Source: an uncultured delta proteobacterium
GTDB lineage: Bacteria; Desulfobacterota; Binatia; UBA9968
DNA length: 64,000 nucleotides
Reading direction: 5' to 3'
Assembly (NCBI GenBank): GCA_963804165.1
Contig: CAWDPO010000015.1
Location: 136,377 to 200,376, forward strand
The notes beneath the pieces are model-generated. The model searched no databases. It worked only from the letters and a program-made list of their open reading frames with translations, and had not been told where the DNA came from. Made by a program: the position numbers and the translations under genes. Shown one piece after another: positions 59,237 through 64,000 of this stretch (position 1 is the stretch's first letter; each line of letters starts with the position of its first letter).

Positions 59237-60232
59237 TCACAGCTGGACTAGACTTTTGGCGGGCGACGACAGGTCGCCGTCACAGGCTTGCCATCTCGCG
59301 ATGGCACTGGAAGGATCCGTAAATTCACAATCCGCCAGCGCCGGATGCTTCACCAAATGATTCGTTGTCTGTAAAAAGTTCTCGAGGCAGCCGCTTTTCG
59401 ACAAGTCACCGGTTCGGACTACGATCACCAGCGGGACCTTCGATTGAAGATTCAATTGGTCCCGCAGGTGCGGCCAGACAAAAGATGAACTGAGCGCGAG
59501 ATTGGGTGCGCGACTTGCCTTGATCAAGTAAGGTGGGTGTCGCCTCAACCGCCAGAGGGGAGCGGTTGTGGTTAGCGGCACGATCCATAAAGAGTCCTCG
59601 TTCACTTCCCCGTTTTGCGCGACGAGAAAATTTTCTCTGGAGGGGCGATATGGCTCGCGTGGCGTTTCTCTGTAGTCGGGCAACCAGCCGGTGGCGTGCG
59701 GGTCGTCGAATACGGGCTCATCCGGCAAACCCGGCTCGACCGTCAGATCGAACCGAATGCCGGAGGCGTGCATCAGCTCTACGGCATGTTGATTCAGCCA
59801 TCGATCACCGAATCGACAGGAGTCGGGTGAACGGCCGAAGATTTTTTCGAAAGCTTGTATTGAACTGTTCAGGCATTCGGCCGTCCAATCGCGATCGTTG
59901 AACTCGCTGAACCACTCACCGCGACGTGCGTCCCAACGCCAAAGATGAGGGTGGATGCCGCATCCGTCACCGTGCTCCTTGATTGTCTTGATAATCTCGG
60001 GACACGCCTTGGCGACACAGTCCGCCCTGCCGTAACTTTTCTGGATCTGCGGATCGGCGCGAATAAACCAGTTGAACAATACCGGACTGCGTGTGTGTTT
60101 TTCGACTTGTCGTCTGAGCGCTTGGAGATTCGCCAGCGCACTCTGAGAACCTGCCCACTCCTCCGCGGTTCCACGCGTTTTTCGTGGCTCCGGTTCGACA
60201 TCGATCAACAGCAGGATGGAACGACCCGTCAT
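59237..60232 (-). CDS. Polysaccharide deacetylase-like (NodB/CE4 superfamily) protein
   Basis: LIDVE, GIHPH and PDSCRFGDRW resemble CE4 motifs. Confidence 0.6.
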   Translation of the reverse strand: MTGRSILLLIDVEPEPRKTRGTAEEWAGSQSALANLQALRRQVEKHTRSPVLFNWFIRADPQIQKSYGRADCVAKACPEIIKTIKEHGDGCGIHPHLWRWDARRGEWFSEFNDRDWTAECLNSSIQAFEKIFGRSPDSCRFGDRWLNQHAVELMHASGIRFDLTVEPGLPDEPVFDDPHATGWLPDYRETPREPYRPSRENFLVAQNGEVNEDSLWIVPLTTTAPLWRLRRHPPYLIKASRAPNLALSSSFVWPHLRDQLNLQSKVPLVIVVRTGDLSKSGCLENFLQTTNHLVKHPALADCEFTDPSSAIARWQACDGDLSSPAKSLVQL

Positions 60233-60483
60233 GCCAGCCCGTGCGCGTTCGTCATTGCAAAAAACGTTTTCACTAAGTTTGGAAGTTCATAATTCTGAAT
60301 CGCGCGCCTCTTGAATGAAATGAGCAAGCGGCGGCGCCACGATGCGTCAATTTCGAGCTGATCGCAGATCCAGAGAGACGAACCAGGTTCCGACTCAAAC
60401 CACAGACGGGCGGAGTGTCGAACGTATCGGCGAGTAATCAAGACGACGCTCCACAGGCGCCTTGTGTCGATCATGGCGCGCAA
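60229..60483 (-). CDS. Hypothetical protein
   Basis: 84-aa ORF whose stop overlaps the deacetylase start (ATGA). Confidence 0.35.
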   Translation of the reverse strand: MRAMIDTRRLWSVVLITRRYVRHSARLWFESEPGSSLWICDQLEIDASWRRRLLISFKRRAIQNYELPNLVKTFFAMTNAHGLA

Positions 60484-60820
60484 TTATAGCACAGTTCTCT
60501 ACGGGCGATACTTTATTCGAATAATCGATCGACAAGGACATGGTAAATCGAGCAGGTCGTTACCCGTCGGAGACGATACATCTGGTTAGAGAAACAGTTC
60601 GACGTCAATATTACTCCGGATGACGAACAATTTTTGATTGCTAGGTGTTTTCTCGAGTTCTACATCGATCACCTCCAAAGTCTTTTAAAACCAACGGCCG
60701 CCTTAGGAGCAGCTTGGCTAAAGCCAGACATAGTGTCTAGCTTCGCTTAAGTTTGAACTGCCCCAAGTACTTCCTTCAACGTTGACTTTGCACCGGAACA
60801 CGATGAAAATGGGATCTAGA

Positions 60821-62806
60821 ATGAGCGAGTTCCGTCGAAAAGATATGACGTTGCCTACCGCGCAAGAGGCGATTCGGGCGAAGTGTTTTCACCCGACGGG
60901 ACCTTTTGTTGAATTTGAGGAAATAGAAATCAACCAGTCTATCCCGGAACGGTTCGAAAGGATTGTACGCAGGTATCCTGACCGTCCGGCAGTCAGGACG
61001 AAGAACGGCAGTTTAAACTATGATCAATTGAATAAGGCCGCCAATCGTCTAGCGCGCGCGATTTTGGCCAGGAGAGGAGAAGGCCAAGAGCCGGTGGCGC
61101 TTTTAGTGAAGGACGGTGTCGGCTTGTTGACCGCGCATTTGGCGGTACTGAAGGCCGGGAAGTTTTCCCTGGGGATCGATCCCCTCGCTCCCGATGCCAG
61201 AACCGCCCACATTTTGGATGATTCGCAGGCCCCTCTTATCATTGCGGATAGCAGCACTGGTTTGGCAGCAAGCAAATGGGCCAAGGGTGAAAAGCAATTG
61301 ATCAACGCGGACGATCTCGACCCCGCCCTCAGTGAAGAGAATATACAGACCTCGGTATCGCCTGACGCCTACTCTCATATTCGCTACACGTCGGGTTCGA
61401 CAGGGCAAGCAAAAGGAGGATTGAAGACGCATCGCCACGTACTGCATGCGGTTATGAACGCGACGAACTATTTCCACATCTGTGCGGAAGATCGATCAGT
61501 AGTTCTCACCCGCGATTCTTGCTTCGGCAAATACGCATTTGAGATCTTGCTCAATGGCGCTGCCCTCTGCCCGTTTTACGTGAAGGAAGAGGGCCTGGTC
61601 GGACTGGCCGATTGGCTGATCCAAGAACAGATGACTTTCTACTACTCATTTCCGACGGCATTTCGTCATTTCCTAAACTCTCTTTCTGACAAGAAAGGCT
61701 TTCCAAAGCTACGCTTGATCCGTTTAGAAGGGGAGCCTGTATACGCGAGCGATGTCGCACTTTACAGGACGCATTTCTCCTCGGAATGCCTGCTCGTCAA
61801 TTCGTTTTCTTCAACCGAAACGGGCCCTGTCTGTCTCTATTATCTCGACAAGGACACTCGGTTAAGCGGAACGAGTGTGCCTGCTGGCTATCCGGTCGAG
61901 GGGATGGATTTCTCCCTGTTAGATGAGTTTGGCAGGGAAGTCGAATTCAATCAGCCTGGTGAAATCGCAGTGAAGAGTCCTTTCCTTTCCTCAGGCTATT
62001 GGCGAAGACCGGATCTGACCCAAACCAAATTCTTGCCGCAATCAGGGCCGGATGACGAACGGGTTTACCTTACCGGCGATCTGGGGCGAAGGTCCGAAGA
62101 TGGCTGTCTGGAATTGATCGGCCGCAAAGATTTCCAGGTGAAGATCAGAAGTTTTCGGGTCGATATCGGCGAGGTAGAGGCAGTGCTAACGGTCCATCCA
62201 CAGGTAAAGGAAGTTACGATCATCGCGATGAATAACCAAACCGACGATACGAAGCTGGTAGCGTACTTTGTCGCAAATACTCAACCGCCGCCTACTACCA
62301 CGAACCTCGGAAATTTTTTGAAGGAGAGGCTTCCCGATTACATGATTCCCGCTAACTTCGTGGCTCTGGACAACCTCCCACTCTTTCTACGGGAAAGGTT
62401 GACCGACGTGCTTTGCCGGAACCCGGAAATAAGCGACCCTCTCTCGATACATCCTTCGTAGCCCCAAGTACGCCGATCGAAGATGAACTGTCAAAGCTAT
62501 GGGCCAACATTCTGTCTTTGGACCACGTTGGTATCCATGACAACTTCTTTGACCTCGGGGGGCATTCCCTAGCGGCCACACGATTGATTTCCAAGGTTGT
62601 CGAGCAATTCAAACTAAAGGTGCCGCTTCAATCTCTGTTTCAATCTCCAACCGTGGCAGAGATGGCAACTGTTATTATCGAGCATTCAGGGAAAGCAGTT
62701 AAACGAGAGTGAATTACAAGCGATCTTAGCTGAAGTGGAGGCGCTAACAGACGAAGAAGCACTGCGGCTTCTAGGCGAAAAAACAACGAAGGAGCCAATC
62801 AACTAA
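60821..62806 (+). pseudogene. NRPS-like adenylation + PCP didomain with an acidic C-terminal docking helix; two frameshifts (about 62385 and 62692)
   Basis: YTSGSTGQAKG, STETG, GYW, YLTGDLG, GRKDFQVKIR; next frame GKVDRRALP and FFDLGGHSL; next frame ILAEVEALTDEEA. The start is uncertain (60782-60846). Confidence 0.85.
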
Positions 62807-63247
62807 ATAGTCGCTTTGCTCTGAGTTCAGACACAGCCCAGGATCTCAGTTCATTGGCCCGGAAAGAGGACCGACTCAAACCTCCCCTACCCGGCGAATT
62901 TCAGGTATTTGGTTATTTGCTGCTGCATCTCTGGAGGTTGGCGCATGAGAGCTATGAACCCTCTCAAGGTCTCATCCCCGGAGAGATGTTTGACACCCGC
63001 AACAGGCGTCAGGAAAATAATTCACCGCCTGTAAGGCCCCGACCACCCACACCAGCTGCCCGCGATTTTTTTTCAAAAGTGTCCAATATTGGACCGTTTT
63101 CAATCCCCTTTACGCTAAACTCACGCAAAATAGACATTCTCGCGCAGGTTTTTTTGCGAGGGGCAAGGCACCGTTGAGCCGTGAAAGAATTCGCCAAATG
63201 ACAAACACTACTGTCACGGTAATTCGCGGCAAAAGCACGGAGAGTTT

Positions 63248-63570
63248 ATGGAAACACTAGAAAAAAGAATATCCTCCAGGACGTTCTAACCGAGCAGGGG
63301 TATTCCGGATGGTATGTGATCGAGCCGCCCCAATTCATTCCTGACAACTGCTTCTTATTGCTCAATCCTAAAGAGAAAAAAATAGGCGAGGTTTCAATTC
63401 CTGATGAGTGGCTAGACAACCCAAGCCGACGCAGCGCAATCGGAGAATTGTTCGCGTCGACGATCCCAATTTGTAGTGACGTTCCGCGAGCGCACTTAAG
63501 TCCTTCTACTACTGGCGTCGAACATCAAAGCAGTGCGCATAATATCGAATACCGAAAAAGTCGAGGATGA
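63248..63570 (+). CDS. Hypothetical protein with a probable frameshift in the A-run near 63265
   Basis: ATG at 63248 (METLEK) joins the frame KNILQDVLTEQGYSGWYVIEPP... after a poly-A run. Confidence 0.4.
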
Positions 63571-63776
63571 TGCCAATTAACACCAATTGTGTGCTCGATA
63601 AAGAGCGTGACCAGGAAGTTTTCGAGACCGTGACAGAGGAAGAAATCATTCATCTATGGCGCTCGATCAAAGGACGTGGCATTTCCGAGAACGAAGCATG
63701 GAATGTGGTGTTGACCGGATTTGCTCTCGACGTGGCGTTCGCCAAGAGCAAAACGTGTAAGCAGATCGAACACTAG
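63567..63776 (+). CDS. Hypothetical small protein
   Basis: 69-aa ORF coupled to the upstream stop (ATGA). Confidence 0.4.
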   Translation: MMPINTNCVLDKERDQEVFETVTEEEIIHLWRSIKGRGISENEAWNVVLTGFALDVAFAKSKTCKQIEH

Positions 63777-64000
63777 GCAGTAGACACCGCTCCTGCTGTT
63801 TGGACTGGGATCACAAACCAGGGTTTAGCCATGACGTATTAATTCTGCTTCATCATACTCTGTTACAACACTAGGGTGCATTTACGGCGTCCGTGGAAAA
63901 AATCGATATTGATTTTTGACGCTGGATTCCTTTCACCAAGCAAGGTTTCTCCGACTCATTCTCATTTCGCATAATAACCTGCGACGGTAGTCGAGACCTG

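Overview
GC-rich bacterial chromosome segment. The gene content (many NMT1/THI5-like and Bug/TctC solute-binding proteins, amidohydrolase_2 enzymes, orphan Mo-hydroxylase subunits) resembles Candidatus Binatia/Binatota, which is an inference and not a phylogenetic result. Layout: an accessory block at 0-9 kb; an intact housekeeping run on the minus strand at 9-26 kb (maf, dus, glpX, apgM, hom, alaC, recG, carB, carA, pyrB fusion, pyrR); a catabolic/scavenging region at 26-49 kb with several single-base frameshifts; an opp operon interrupted by a three-subunit biotin carboxylase; tRNA-Lys and tRNA-Glu; and an apparently lower-GC accessory tail with an NRPS-like A-T didomain. The main discovery is the pyrimidine locus. 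A PyrR-binding RNA attenuator precedes a stand-alone PyrR, which is followed by a four-module protein: ATCase catalytic chain, PyrI-type Zn domain, Ada-like module and a second PyrR domain. The two PyrR copies show complementary motif loss. This suggests that a PyrR domain has replaced the missing PyrI allosteric domain as an in-cis nucleotide sensor. Other leads are an unannotated 48-aa Zn-ribbon partner of a UbiD decarboxylase, a signal-less NMT1-fold protein that may be an enzyme, a pyruvate-carboxylase-like system with a remodelled substrate pocket, and an in-frame TAG at a conserved Lys of purU.
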